Below, piece by piece: positions 8,882 to 18,648 of a stretch of 64,000 nt of DNA (position 1 is its first letter; each line of letters opens with the position of its first letter). Source of the stretch: an uncultured delta proteobacterium (GTDB lineage: Bacteria; Desulfobacterota; Binatia; UBA9968); the NCBI GenBank assembly GCA_963727625.1, contig CAVSHR010000005.1:64001-128000 (forward strand), written 5' to 3'. The notes beneath the pieces are model-generated. The model saw only the letters and a list, made by a program, of their open reading frames with translations, ran no database searches and was not told where the DNA came from. The translations under genes and the position numbers were made by a program.

Positions 8882-10666
8882 TTAGAACCTCCGTTGCGCA
8901 AAACTCATCTCTTCCACCAGCGTCGGCAAGTACGCCGCGACCAACGCCGGCGTGCCCTTGCGCACCTGTTCCAGGCCGCGCTTGAGCGCCGGGGCGACTT
9001 CCTCCGGCTCGCGCACGGTTTCACCGTAGCAATTGGCCGCCTCGGCAAGTTTGGCGAAATCCGGCGGTGGATCGAATAGACCGCCTTCGTAGTTTTCCGT
9101 GCGCACGGCGACACCGTTGGGATAACTGCGTTTGAGCCCATTGGTGCCGGTGGTATAGGAACGATTGACGAAGACCACGGTCAGGAACGGTGCTTTGTAA
9201 TGCGCCGCCGACCACAGGGCCGGCATCGGCGTGCCAAACATAAAATAGCCGTCGCCAGTGGCAAGAACGACGTCGCGGTCGGGCGCGGCTAATTTGGCGC
9301 CGAACGCCGCGCCCGCGCCCCAACCACCCGACGAGCCGCCGCTAGCAAAATAAGTTCCGGCCTCCGATCGACCGTGATGGGCGCAGACATAGTCCGAGTT
9401 GCTGATGGCGTCGTCGAGAACAATGGCATTGGGCTCGAGAATTTTTCCGAGCTGATAGCCGACCCAGCGCGGATGCATGGGCTGGCGTCGCCCGGACTCC
9501 TGCCCCAGCCGTTCGTTCTCGGCGACGAACTCTCGCTTGCGCGCTTCGAGGCGCTCGCGCCGCTCGGCGATCCGGCTCAAGTCGCTCTTGGACAAAAGCT
9601 CAGTCGCCGCGTCATAAATTGCCCGCGCCGCGCCGGCCACGGTCACAGGGAGCCAGAGATCGGCTTGGAACTCCATCGTTTTGTAGTTGGACAGCACCGG
9701 ATCGCTATCGACCCAGATCACTTTGCTCCCAGCCTTCGGCGCCGCTGCCGGCGTGATGTACGGCACCAACGGCTCAAGCATGAGCAAGGCATCGGCGTCT
9801 TTGGGTTCCGGCCCGGTGCCGTAAAGCGCATGGGTCGTCGGAAAATTTAGCCGGTCCAAGCGGTCCATGTCGAGCACCGGCAGCGCGAGCAATTCGGCGA
9901 GCCGAACGACTTCGGCGACTGCTCCGGGGTTGCGTCCCGCCGTCGCCGAACAAATACACGGATTGCGCGCTTCGATGAGCCACTGGGCAGCGCGCCGCGC
10001 GTCGGCGGGATCGGGCCAAGCCGGCCGCGCGATACCGAGGTCATCGCGAGTCGGAAAATGAGTTTTACCCGGCAACTTCAACATCGCCGTTTCACGAGGC
10101 ACGGTAAGATAGGCCGGGCCTTTGGGTTCGCTCATAGCGATTTGCAACAGCCGGCTGATCATCAAGCCGGGGTTGTCCTGGTGCTCGAGGCGATGGTCGA
10201 CTTTGGTGTATTGCCGGACGATACCGCCCTGATCGCGCGGCTCCTGCACCCACTGCACCGGACTGTTGCGCGCGCCGGTCATGGAGCCGGGATAGGCGCG
10301 CGGCCCGGTACCGGCGGTGATCAGCACCGGATAGTTGCCGCGCCAGGCAGTGTGAATCGCGCCGCCGTAATTCAATGTCCCCACGTCGACGTGCACTGCC
10401 GTGGCCGCCGGTTGATTGCGCACCATCGCCGTGCCCAGCGCCGCGTTGAGCGCGACGGCCTCGTGGGTGACAGTAACAAGCTTCGGCGCCGGCCAGCCGC
10501 GCTCGTTCGCCTTGGCGATGCTCTCCTGCCAAAAAGCGATTTCCGAGCCGGATACGAAAAACAAATGATCGATGCCGCCGAGCTTCATCGACTGCACCAA
10601 GGCATCCGACCATTCGTCACCCGGATATTCTTTCCAGCGGGCATCGTGTGAAATCGTATCAGTCAT
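8882..10666 (-). CDS. Thiamine-pyrophosphate-dependent enzyme (acetolactate synthase/benzoylformate decarboxylase-like)
   Basis: THE catalytic Glu; GDG...FVN ThDP/Mg motif. Confidence 0.9.
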   Translation of the reverse strand: MTDTISHDARWKEYPGDEWSDALVQSMKLGGIDHLFFVSGSEIAFWQESIAKANERGWPAPKLVTVTHEAVALNAALGTAMVRNQPAATAVHVDVGTLNYGGAIHTAWRGNYPVLITAGTGPRAYPGSMTGARNSPVQWVQEPRDQGGIVRQYTKVDHRLEHQDNPGLMISRLLQIAMSEPKGPAYLTVPRETAMLKLPGKTHFPTRDDLGIARPAWPDPADARRAAQWLIEARNPCICSATAGRNPGAVAEVVRLAELLALPVLDMDRLDRLNFPTTHALYGTGPEPKDADALLMLEPLVPYITPAAAPKAGSKVIWVDSDPVLSNYKTMEFQADLWLPVTVAGAARAIYDAATELLSKSDLSRIAERRERLEARKREFVAENERLGQESGRRQPMHPRWVGYQLGKILEPNAIVLDDAISNSDYVCAHHGRSEAGTYFASGGSSGGWGAGAAFGAKLAAPDRDVVLATGDGYFMFGTPMPALWSAAHYKAPFLTVVFVNRSYTTGTNGLKRSYPNGVAVRTENYEGGLFDPPPDFAKLAEAANCYGETVREPEEVAPALKRGLEQVRKGTPALVAAYLPTLVEEMSFAQRRF

Positions 10667-10835
10667 GATTAGAAACTCCGTTCAAAAAGGATAAAGGCAA
10701 AAGGATGAAGAATAAAATTCAAGTCGGCTATTATCTCTGCTCTGGCTATTTTCCACCCTTTATTCCCTTCACGTTTTCGTGGTTAATTCTTCTCGCCCAT
10801 CACTCCACCACTCCATTACTCCCTCTTCTATCCCT

Positions 10836-12587
10836 CTACGCCAGCGGATTCTTACAAATCACATTGAGCAGTGCCTGCCGGCGCTCTTCCTTGACAACCT
10901 TCAACGCCTTGGCCAGTGCGTCGGGCAATTCACCCGGATCCTCGACGCGCGCGGCGTATGCGCCGCAGGCCTGCGCCGTGAGCTCGAAGTTGGGTGACGG
11001 GCTCAAGTCGGTGCCGGGGAAATTGCGAGTTCGCGCGGCCACGCCTTCCGGGTACAGTCCGCGCGCTGCGTTGAGACTCGCGTTCCACACCTGGTTGTTA
11101 TAGATCACGGTCAAAAACGGAATCCGGTATTTCTGCGCCGTGAAATGGCATGCAGTGGGCGCGCAGAACATATACGAGCCGTCGCCCTCGGCGGCGATCA
11201 CCGTCGCGTCCGGCGCGCCAAGCTTCATGCCGATGGCCGCGCCGAGTCCCCAACCGAGATGGCCGGCCAGCGGCGTATTGAACATCGAGCCCGGGCGGTT
11301 CAAATGGATGCACTCCGCGAGCTTTGAGGTAATCGTCTCATTGGCGATGATGGTCTTATCGTCCATGGCGTCGCCAATGCATTTCGACAGCCACATCGGG
11401 TGGATTGGTTTCTGGCTCTTCACCGCTTCGATGCTCGCGTCCATCTCGCGAATCATCTCATCGTGCTCCGCCTCGGTCTTCCGGCGCCGCTCGTCGAGCT
11501 TGGTCTTGACCACCGCACCCTCCGCCAGTTTAGCTTTGATCATCGAAATCAGTACCGGTAGCGAGACTTCGGAGCAACCTGTTACCGGCAAGTCCGCGGG
11601 GAAGCCCCAACCCGGAATTGCCGTGAACATCGGGTCGCGCTCCAGGTGAATGATTTTTACGCCATCGCGTAAAATGTTTTTATGGGGCGGCTCCCAGGGC
11701 ACGTCGGTATCGATGAAAAAAAGCAGATCGGCGTTGCGCAAGTACTGGGTCGTCTGGGTGCCGAGATTGAGCGGGTGATCGGTCGGAAAGTTGACGTAAC
11801 TCAGCTGCTGCACGACCGGAATTGCCAGGAGTTCGGCAAGCTCGACGAGAAATTGCACCGCTTCGGGATTGCGGCCGAGATATTTCGTGACGATCAGCGG
11901 GCTGTCCGACGCGATCAGCCAGTCGGCGGCTTTTTCCAGAGACCCCTGGTCCGGCTGCATCTTGCTCCCCGGCGACAACGACTCGGGCGATAGCAATTGG
12001 GTCGACTCCATCGCTTGGAAGAGCCACTCGCGCGGCAAGGTCATGTAAACCGGGCCGCGCGGTTCGCTCATGGCGATTTTATACGCGCGCGACACCACCG
12101 CGGCGAGGTTTTGATTGGTCCGCACTTCGTAATCCCATTTAACGAATTCGCGAACGACGTTGCCCTGATCGCGCGACTCCTGACGCCAGTGAATGTTTTG
12201 GCTCTTGCCGCCGCGCAGTTCGCCCTCGGTAATCGGCGTCCGGCCGGCCACTAGAAACAGCGGCACGTTGCACGACGCGGCGTTAATGACGCCGCCGAGC
12301 GCGTTGGCCGTGCCCGGCAGCGTATGCACTAAAACCATTTGCGGCTTTTGCGTCACGTTGTAGTAACCATGGGCCATCGACACCGCCGCCTGCTCGTGCG
12401 GCACGACAATGGGCTGGATGTCACGCGGGTCTTCCTTGGCGGTCTTCGCCATCGCTTCGATCAGCGGTCCATGGTCGGTGCCCGTGTTGGCGAACATGTA
12501 GCGCACCGAGCCAAGCGCTTTCATTTGCTCCAGAAAAGCCTCGGCGCCGCTCGAGACTGGAATGGTCTTCAGGAGTTTTTCCGCCAT
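10836..12587 (-). CDS. Thiamine-pyrophosphate-dependent enzyme (paralog of the adjacent gene)
   Basis: PHEQAA, GDGSY...YNN; AAAGGA RBS before ATG at 12587. Confidence 0.92.
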   Translation of the reverse strand: MAEKLLKTIPVSSGAEAFLEQMKALGSVRYMFANTGTDHGPLIEAMAKTAKEDPRDIQPIVVPHEQAAVSMAHGYYNVTQKPQMVLVHTLPGTANALGGVINAASCNVPLFLVAGRTPITEGELRGGKSQNIHWRQESRDQGNVVREFVKWDYEVRTNQNLAAVVSRAYKIAMSEPRGPVYMTLPREWLFQAMESTQLLSPESLSPGSKMQPDQGSLEKAADWLIASDSPLIVTKYLGRNPEAVQFLVELAELLAIPVVQQLSYVNFPTDHPLNLGTQTTQYLRNADLLFFIDTDVPWEPPHKNILRDGVKIIHLERDPMFTAIPGWGFPADLPVTGCSEVSLPVLISMIKAKLAEGAVVKTKLDERRRKTEAEHDEMIREMDASIEAVKSQKPIHPMWLSKCIGDAMDDKTIIANETITSKLAECIHLNRPGSMFNTPLAGHLGWGLGAAIGMKLGAPDATVIAAEGDGSYMFCAPTACHFTAQKYRIPFLTVIYNNQVWNASLNAARGLYPEGVAARTRNFPGTDLSPSPNFELTAQACGAYAARVEDPGELPDALAKALKVVKEERRQALLNVICKNPLA

Positions 12588-13047
12588 AGATATTCCTTTC
12601 TTGTCACTGAGGCGGGAACGCGCCCTTGTAAGTCGGCCCAACTCTGTCAAGAACGGGATAATTTTTCAACCAAAAATTAGGCTGTGTGCAAGTTCGATCA
12701 ATGAGCTCGACTAAGACCCAACCTATCCGCATCGCCTGTCGCCGCGACACCACTTCTGTCGACAGGAGGGCGGATTCTCCTCCGCCTCTTCCCCCTTCGA
12801 GGAGGAAAGACAATGGAGATGGAGGTGCGCCGCGCCGCGGCCGCTTGCCCCGGCCACCGAAATATTTTTGCAACATTCAATAACCGGCCGCACGCTTTCT
12901 ATTCCCGCAAACCCTCGTTGACTTTGCTCCACGCGTCCCGCAATCTGGTCCATCAGGATTTTTCGATTATGTGCACCGCCACCGCGACCGTCGCGTCGGC
13001 CGGGCTTCGGGATACCTGGATAAAAAAACCGACAGGAGAAATACACC

Positions 13048-14031
13048 GTGCGGCAAATCATGCTTATTCTCATCGCTATCTGCTATTTCCTAAGCAGCGC
13101 TCCTGCCCATAGTCAGGAGTTACGGAAAGTGCGCGTCGGCATTCCGACATTTTCATTGATCACCGCCGCCACCCTGGTTCCCCAGCAAAAGGGCTATTTC
13201 AAACAGGAAGGCCTCGATGTCGAAACCATCGTCATTCGCTCGGCGGCGTCGGTGCTCGCCCTCGCCGCTAAAGAAGTCGATTTCATCACTCTGGGCGGCG
13301 GCGGTCTGATCGGTGTCCTGCGCGGCCTGCCGCTTCGCGTCGTCTTCACTCCGGTGCGCCGGCCGCTTTACGCCCTCTACGTCAAGCCGAGTATCCGCTC
13401 CTTCGCCGATCTCGACGGAAAGCGCGTCGGCATCTCGAGCATCGGCAGCGGCCCGGATCTGTTACTGCGCGATCTCTTGAAAAAACGCATGGCCGACGGC
13501 GGCAAGAACGTCGCGATCCTCGCCGTCGGCGGCGGCAATGAACGCTTCGTCGCGCTCAAGACCGGCGTCGTCGACGCTGCAGTGCTCGCCAGTCCGTTTA
13601 CTATCACGGCTCAGCGCGACGGCTTTCGCGAGCTGTTCTCCTATATCACCGACAAGGAATATTCCGACATCCCGGTGGCGACGTTCACCCGCGAAGATCT
13701 GCTCCGGAGCAACGCCGCGCTGGTGGAAAAATTTGTCCGAGCGCAGCTGAAGGGGCTGCTCTATATGCGCGCCAACCGCGACGGCGCGGTCGCCACGCTG
13801 GCGAGGGGTCTGAAAATCAAAGAGAGCGAAGCCGGCGCGGGCTTCGACGAGATTCGTCCCGCCATGACCGAGGAGGGCATGATCAGCCAGGAAGAGCAGC
13901 GCAGTGTTCTGAGCTATTTGTTGACGCCAGCCCAGCGCAAGGAACCGCCCCGTCTCGATCGTATCTACGATTTTTCCTTAACCAAAAAAGTCTACCGGGA
14001 GCTTCAAGCGCGCGGCTGGAAACCGGAATGA
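13048..14031 (+). CDS. ABC transporter substrate-binding protein (NMT1/TauA/SsuA-like), no permease nearby
   Basis: Signal peptide, KGYFKQEGLDVE, DLDGKRVGISSIGS. Confidence 0.9.
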   Translation: MRQIMLILIAICYFLSSAPAHSQELRKVRVGIPTFSLITAATLVPQQKGYFKQEGLDVETIVIRSAASVLALAAKEVDFITLGGGGLIGVLRGLPLRVVFTPVRRPLYALYVKPSIRSFADLDGKRVGISSIGSGPDLLLRDLLKKRMADGGKNVAILAVGGGNERFVALKTGVVDAAVLASPFTITAQRDGFRELFSYITDKEYSDIPVATFTREDLLRSNAALVEKFVRAQLKGLLYMRANRDGAVATLARGLKIKESEAGAGFDEIRPAMTEEGMISQEEQRSVLSYLLTPAQRKEPPRLDRIYDFSLTKKVYRELQARGWKPE

Positions 14032-14194
14032 ATCCTGCTTCTAAAGAAAAACATCCCCCCATTTTCCGAACTTGACGTGCTTCGCGTCTTTGCGCGAGTC
14101 ATCTTTTGGCCGGTTCGCTAAACCGTACTTTAACCCGCATCGGTAAACACATTGCGAAGCAAACTGCGAAGAATGTGACTCGTAGGAATTAAAG

Positions 14195-14986
14195 ATGCTC
14201 ATCGACGCTCACGTACATCTGGACAAATACGGCGACCGACTCAACGACGCGCTGAGAGAAATTGAGAGCGAACAAATCTTCACCGTCGCCACGGCGATGG
14301 ACGTGCCATCCTATCGAGAGCTGCAAAAGATCGGCGAGCGTTCCGATCTGATTCTTCCGACGTTCGGAATTCATCCGCGCCGCGCCGCAGAATACGCCGA
14401 TCGACTGCCCGAGATCGGCCGGTACATCGAGACCAGCCCCGCCATCGGCGAGATCGGCCTCGATTTTCACTGGGTCAAAGATACCTCAACCTACCCGGCG
14501 CAAAGAAAGGTTCTCGAATATTTCATCGCCGCCGCCGCCGAGCAGAAGAAATTCGTCAACCTGCACACCAAGGCCGGAGAAAAGGAAATCTTGGATCTGC
14601 TCGAAAAGTACGGTGTGACGCGCGCGATCATCCATTGGTACTCGGGGCCGATGGATATCCTTCGCGCGATGATCGACTACGGCTGCTACTTCACCATCGG
14701 CGTCGAAGTGCTCTTCTCGGATTACATCAAAGCCATCGCAAAGACCGTCCCCGATCATCTGTTGTTGACCGAGACCGACAACCCCGGCGCGATCAGATGG
14801 TTGAAGAAAACTGATGAGATCGGCATGCCGACGGCGATAAAGAAAGTCCTAGAAGTGCTCACGGAGTTGAGGCAGGCAACACCGGAGAAAATTGAATCGT
14901 TGGTTCAGGAGAATTTCGCGCGGCTCATCGCCAACGATCCATGGTTTCGCGCGATTGGAAGCAGGTTCTTTCAGCAAACTTCTTAG
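14195..14986 (+). CDS. tatD: TatD family hydrolase
   Basis: IDAHVHL, GIHP, AIGEIGLDF, LHT, HWYSG, LTETD. Confidence 0.92.
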   Translation: MLIDAHVHLDKYGDRLNDALREIESEQIFTVATAMDVPSYRELQKIGERSDLILPTFGIHPRRAAEYADRLPEIGRYIETSPAIGEIGLDFHWVKDTSTYPAQRKVLEYFIAAAAEQKKFVNLHTKAGEKEILDLLEKYGVTRAIIHWYSGPMDILRAMIDYGCYFTIGVEVLFSDYIKAIAKTVPDHLLLTETDNPGAIRWLKKTDEIGMPTAIKKVLEVLTELRQATPEKIESLVQENFARLIANDPWFRAIGSRFFQQTS

Positions 14987-15095
14987 ATATGAGCGTCGAC
15001 GCATGCAGACCTTGTTTTAGCGTAACTGAGTCGGTTAATCGGAACGCGAACGCATCAGAAGCGAATCGTTCTGCGTGAGTATTCCACTCAGAACG

Positions 15096-16856
15096 TCAAA
15101 ACCTTTGTTGATCGAGCAGCTTCATGAAATTCCGCTTCGCCTTGTGCTTCACTCGCAGTTGGGTTGCGTAAACCGTGAATTCACTCTCGCGCCCAAGCCG
15201 AACCATCAACTCCCGTACCTTTCGCAAAAAGTCCACAGCTTCTTTGTAGGCTTCGTTATTTTTCCGGCCGAGATCTGGCTCGATCTGACGTTGGTAAATT
15301 GGCAGCGCATCTTCGGGATGTTCCTTATCGCGTTTGGCGGCGAGTTCCAGCCACAGGCTGTTGGAGCAGCCGCCTGCTTGCGCCTCGCGCCACGCGGTTT
15401 CTATATCCCTTTCCCAGAGAAAGATCCGAACCAGCTCGGAATGGTCCGCCTCGCGGTAAACCGCCCAACGATTCATGCTCCGTTCGCTTCTCGATTTTGC
15501 GATTTGCAAACGCAAATATTCGACGGCTTTTTCCCGCCACAACTTCCATTCGCCGAGCCGTACAGCGTGAGCTTTCAGGTTCTGATACTCTCTCAACGTC
15601 GGTGATTCCGTGTATTCGGCCCATACCAATGCCATCGCCTCGGCATGGCGCTTGCGGCGGTGATACTGGTTCGCCAGGAACTCACGCAAACGTGAATCGG
15701 TCCGCTTGGGAAAAGCTTCGACTCCTCGCTCTGCCCATTGTAGAGCCTTATCGTGCTGACCGGCGCGCTTATACGTCTCAGCGATGTCGAGGTAGTTGTA
15801 AGCCAGGGAAAGATCGCGCTGCTTAACCGCAACCAGCGCCTCAACATCGCCCGACTGGCGGGCGAGCGATTCCATGATGTGCGTGATTCGAAACCGTTTC
15901 CCGTATTGCTCCGCATCGTCCCGACCGGGGCGACGAGCCGCCACCTTGGCCCACGCCGCCTCCGCCAACTGTCGATATACGGCGAGACCTTTTTCACCGA
16001 GAACACCCGCATATGTTTCGGCCGCACCGTAGAATGTATCGTAGTCCGTCCGTCGCTCCCACGCGAAGAGTCTTTCGGCTAGCGATTCCGGATCGGGTTT
16101 CGCTTTCTTACATGCCTTTAGATGAAGCTCCTGAAGACGCTCCAGGATAGTGCTCATGTATCCGTCGGAATCGTCAATGGAACCCATGGCATTTTCGACG
16201 GCGTCTAAAGCGTATTCCGCCAAGTCGATCACGGCTACTGGACTCCCCTCCTTCAACAACTCCTCAATCGAATCGATCACTTCATCGATACCCTGAGTGT
16301 AACTGTACGCATCTCGATAGCTTACGAATCCGTCGGGCTCCACGGCTTCGTTGATGGCGCGCCGGTAGGAAGCAAGGTTGAGTCCCTTAGCGGTACTCTT
16401 CCCCGTCTTGAGAAACAGTCGCTGGTCGAGCCGCTCGTCTTGTGCCGCGTGATTGAGCAGCAGATCCACCAAAGCGTCCTTATCCTGGGTTTTGAGATAT
16501 GCGCGGACGTCCTCCTTGGTCACCACGTCACTCCGGTCGGTATTTGCTGACGGCAGCTTCCGGTAACTGCCTTCAAGCCAGGCCAGGGCTACCGCTACAC
16601 AGTGCTTGCAAAACTCACCGTCGGCACCGACCGGGCAGCTGCACGAATAATCCAAATCCTTGCCATCCATCCAAATCTTGACCCGGTATAAATACGTTCC
16701 CCGTACCGTCGCGGCGATCACACCGTTTTCTTCACTCAAACGTTTGACGCAATTGTTAACAAAGTAGTCGTCCCCTCGCTCGAAGGATCTTGCACCCGCC
16801 AAGCGGTGGAGATTGCGGCGGTCGAGGAGCGAGGCCAAAAGCGAAGATGCTTTCAT
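15096..16856 (-). CDS. SWIM zinc-finger protein with a helical/TPR-like C-terminus
   Basis: CSCP...FCKHCVAV SWIM motif, SFERG..YF, C-terminal KAKRNFMKLL; start uncertain (16856/16877/16892). Confidence 0.88.
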   Translation of the reverse strand: MKASSLLASLLDRRNLHRLAGARSFERGDDYFVNNCVKRLSEENGVIAATVRGTYLYRVKIWMDGKDLDYSCSCPVGADGEFCKHCVAVALAWLEGSYRKLPSANTDRSDVVTKEDVRAYLKTQDKDALVDLLLNHAAQDERLDQRLFLKTGKSTAKGLNLASYRRAINEAVEPDGFVSYRDAYSYTQGIDEVIDSIEELLKEGSPVAVIDLAEYALDAVENAMGSIDDSDGYMSTILERLQELHLKACKKAKPDPESLAERLFAWERRTDYDTFYGAAETYAGVLGEKGLAVYRQLAEAAWAKVAARRPGRDDAEQYGKRFRITHIMESLARQSGDVEALVAVKQRDLSLAYNYLDIAETYKRAGQHDKALQWAERGVEAFPKRTDSRLREFLANQYHRRKRHAEAMALVWAEYTESPTLREYQNLKAHAVRLGEWKLWREKAVEYLRLQIAKSRSERSMNRWAVYREADHSELVRIFLWERDIETAWREAQAGGCSNSLWLELAAKRDKEHPEDALPIYQRQIEPDLGRKNNEAYKEAVDFLRKVRELMVRLGRESEFTVYATQLRVKHKAKRNFMKLLDQQRF

Positions 16857-16939
16857 AGACGTATCTCTACTAACCATCGTTTTCGGATTCAATCGTTATC
16901 GTAATTCTCCTTCTCCCACGGGCAACGACTGCGATTTCT

Positions 16940-17260
16940 TCACCCGTACCTTTGCCACGCTTTCTCCCGCTCCGGAGTCAAACCCCGCGGATTCTCCCGG
17001 TCGACGGCCCATCGCGCCGGATTGGCCAGAATATATTGCCGGATGCGGTTGAAAGATTGTTCATCGCGGATTACGTGTTCGTAATAATTCCGTTGCCACG
17101 CGAAATTGGCATTCACGGTTTTACGGATCATTCGTGTCCACGCCGCCTTGTAGACGCGCACGATTTCTCCCAATGTAGGGGCGCGATTCATCGCGCCCAA
17201 ATTCTTGTTTGGTACCGCAGAGGGCGCAATGAATTGCGCCCCTACGGCGGGGATATCGAC
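16940..17260 (-). pseudogene. REP-associated tyrosine transposase (RAYT, IS200/IS605 superfamily), 5'-truncated remnant
   Basis: TLGEIVRVYKAAWTR...WQRNYYEHVIRD...IRQYILANP is the RAYT C-terminal half; the N-terminal HUH part is absent. Confidence 0.85.
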
Positions 17261-17341
17261 CGATGGTCATTGCCCATATATCACCGCAAACGACGATCAT
17301 CATGGATGGCGGTTCCCTGTAGGGACATGGTTCATCACGCC
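17175..17341. repeat. GTAG-family REP palindromes: inverted doublet plus a degenerate third copy
   Basis: GTAGGGGCGCGATTCATCGCGCCC (17175-17198), GGGCGCAATGAATTGCGCCCCTAC (17222-17245), GTAGGGACATGG... (17319). Confidence 0.85.
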
Positions 17342-17425
17342 AACACCGAGGCGTAGCCTCGGCATGGCAAATCTCAAATTGTAGATTGCCGAGAAGCCTT
17401 AAACTCACATGCAGTGTCCGTTACA

Positions 17426-18415
17426 CTACTGCCACAGTTTTTTGAAAAACCCTTCTTTTTCCAATTCGTTGACGAATTGATTGTCGAAATAGGCCGTGAT
17501 TGGCAGTTTTTTTGCAACGGCTTCGTCGATGGACTTTTGGCCAAGCATCTGTTCGACCAAAGCCGTGAACGCCGCGCACGGCATGAAACCTTCTTTGCTC
17601 AACGCTTCAACGGAGAATTTATAGCTTTCCTCCAATATTTTATCATCGTTAATCTTCGTATACTTAGCCAAAGTCTTGAGCGCCAACTCTTTGTTGGTGT
17701 AGATCGTGCGAATGCTCTCGAAAGCCGCACGGATCATACGCTTGGCCGTGCTCGGATGCTTGTCAATAAACGAGCGCTGGGCGGCAATCCCGTTTTCGAC
17801 CACGGGGATGTTCCACTCGCGAAACTGTTTCACGCTCACCAACTCGCGAAAGCCCTTCTCCCTGAGGATTAAACTCTGCGGCGGCGGCACCCTCGCTGCG
17901 GCGACCGCGCCCGACATGAGCACCGCGGCCGATTGAATGATCGTGGCGCCGGTCACACCGGCCTTCTGAAAAATATTCAGCGCAGCGATATGGGAGATCG
18001 AACCGAAGCGGCTCACCGCCACTTTTTGGCCTTTGAGCTGGCTGAGCTCCTTGATCGACGGCGCCCCGTACATCGGAATCGTAAAGGTCTTGACTACCGC
18101 GGCAATTTGAATGACGTCGCCACCGTTCAAAACGTTGCTCACCACCGCCGGGCCCGCCAACCCGGCGAAGTTAGCCTCACCTGCTAACATCGACTGGACA
18201 ATCGCCGACGAAGCGCCTTCGTACAGTAACTCAACGTCGAGACCGTTGCGCTCGAAGTGCCCCGCGTCTTTCGCGATCCACCAGGGCAAACTGTTCCAGG
18301 AAATCGGCGAATAGGGATATTTAATCTTCTCAAGTGTCGCCGATACTGCAAACGCGGCGTTCAACGCGATCAAGACGAACAGGAGAACGCCTACGGCACG
18401 GCTAGGTCGATACAT
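17426..18415 (-). CDS. ABC transporter substrate-binding protein (NMT1/TauA-like), possibly with a short in-frame deletion
   Basis: Signal peptide, AKDAGHFERNGLDVEL, LKGQKVAVSRFGS, ELEKEGFFKKLW; GGAGG RBS before ATG at 18415. Confidence 0.85.
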   Translation of the reverse strand: MYRPSRAVGVLLFVLIALNAAFAVSATLEKIKYPYSPISWNSLPWWIAKDAGHFERNGLDVELLYEGASSAIVQSMLAGEANFAGLAGPAVVSNVLNGGDVIQIAAVVKTFTIPMYGAPSIKELSQLKGQKVAVSRFGSISHIAALNIFQKAGVTGATIIQSAAVLMSGAVAAARVPPPQSLILREKGFRELVSVKQFREWNIPVVENGIAAQRSFIDKHPSTAKRMIRAAFESIRTIYTNKELALKTLAKYTKINDDKILEESYKFSVEALSKEGFMPCAAFTALVEQMLGQKSIDEAVAKKLPITAYFDNQFVNELEKEGFFKKLWQ

Positions 18416-18648
18416 TATTTTTCCTCCCAGATTCGATAGTGAAATGGAACTTAGCGCGATCCACAGCCATGTCGAGTAGAAATCTCTTTTACAAAAAAAC
18501 GTCTTCATTTGGCTCGATGGAATTGCTTCAACGCCGGTTTTCGTATGTACTGAAGGGGTCGAACGCGCTTCCGCGCACGAGCATGCCGCCATGATCTTTG
18601 GCGGCGCCATTTTCGAATTCAAGTGATCCGCACGGGGAGGAAAGACCT

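Noticed and set aside
12690-13040. Short ORFs and a purine/pyrimidine palindrome (12778-12828)
   Set aside because: No protein motif; the palindrome is a single degenerate REP-like copy (a similar one lies near 35240) and too weak to call.
14195-16856. TatD + SWIM as an anti-phage system
   Set aside because: The genes are convergent, with no helicase, ATPase or QueC partner as in Qat-type systems.
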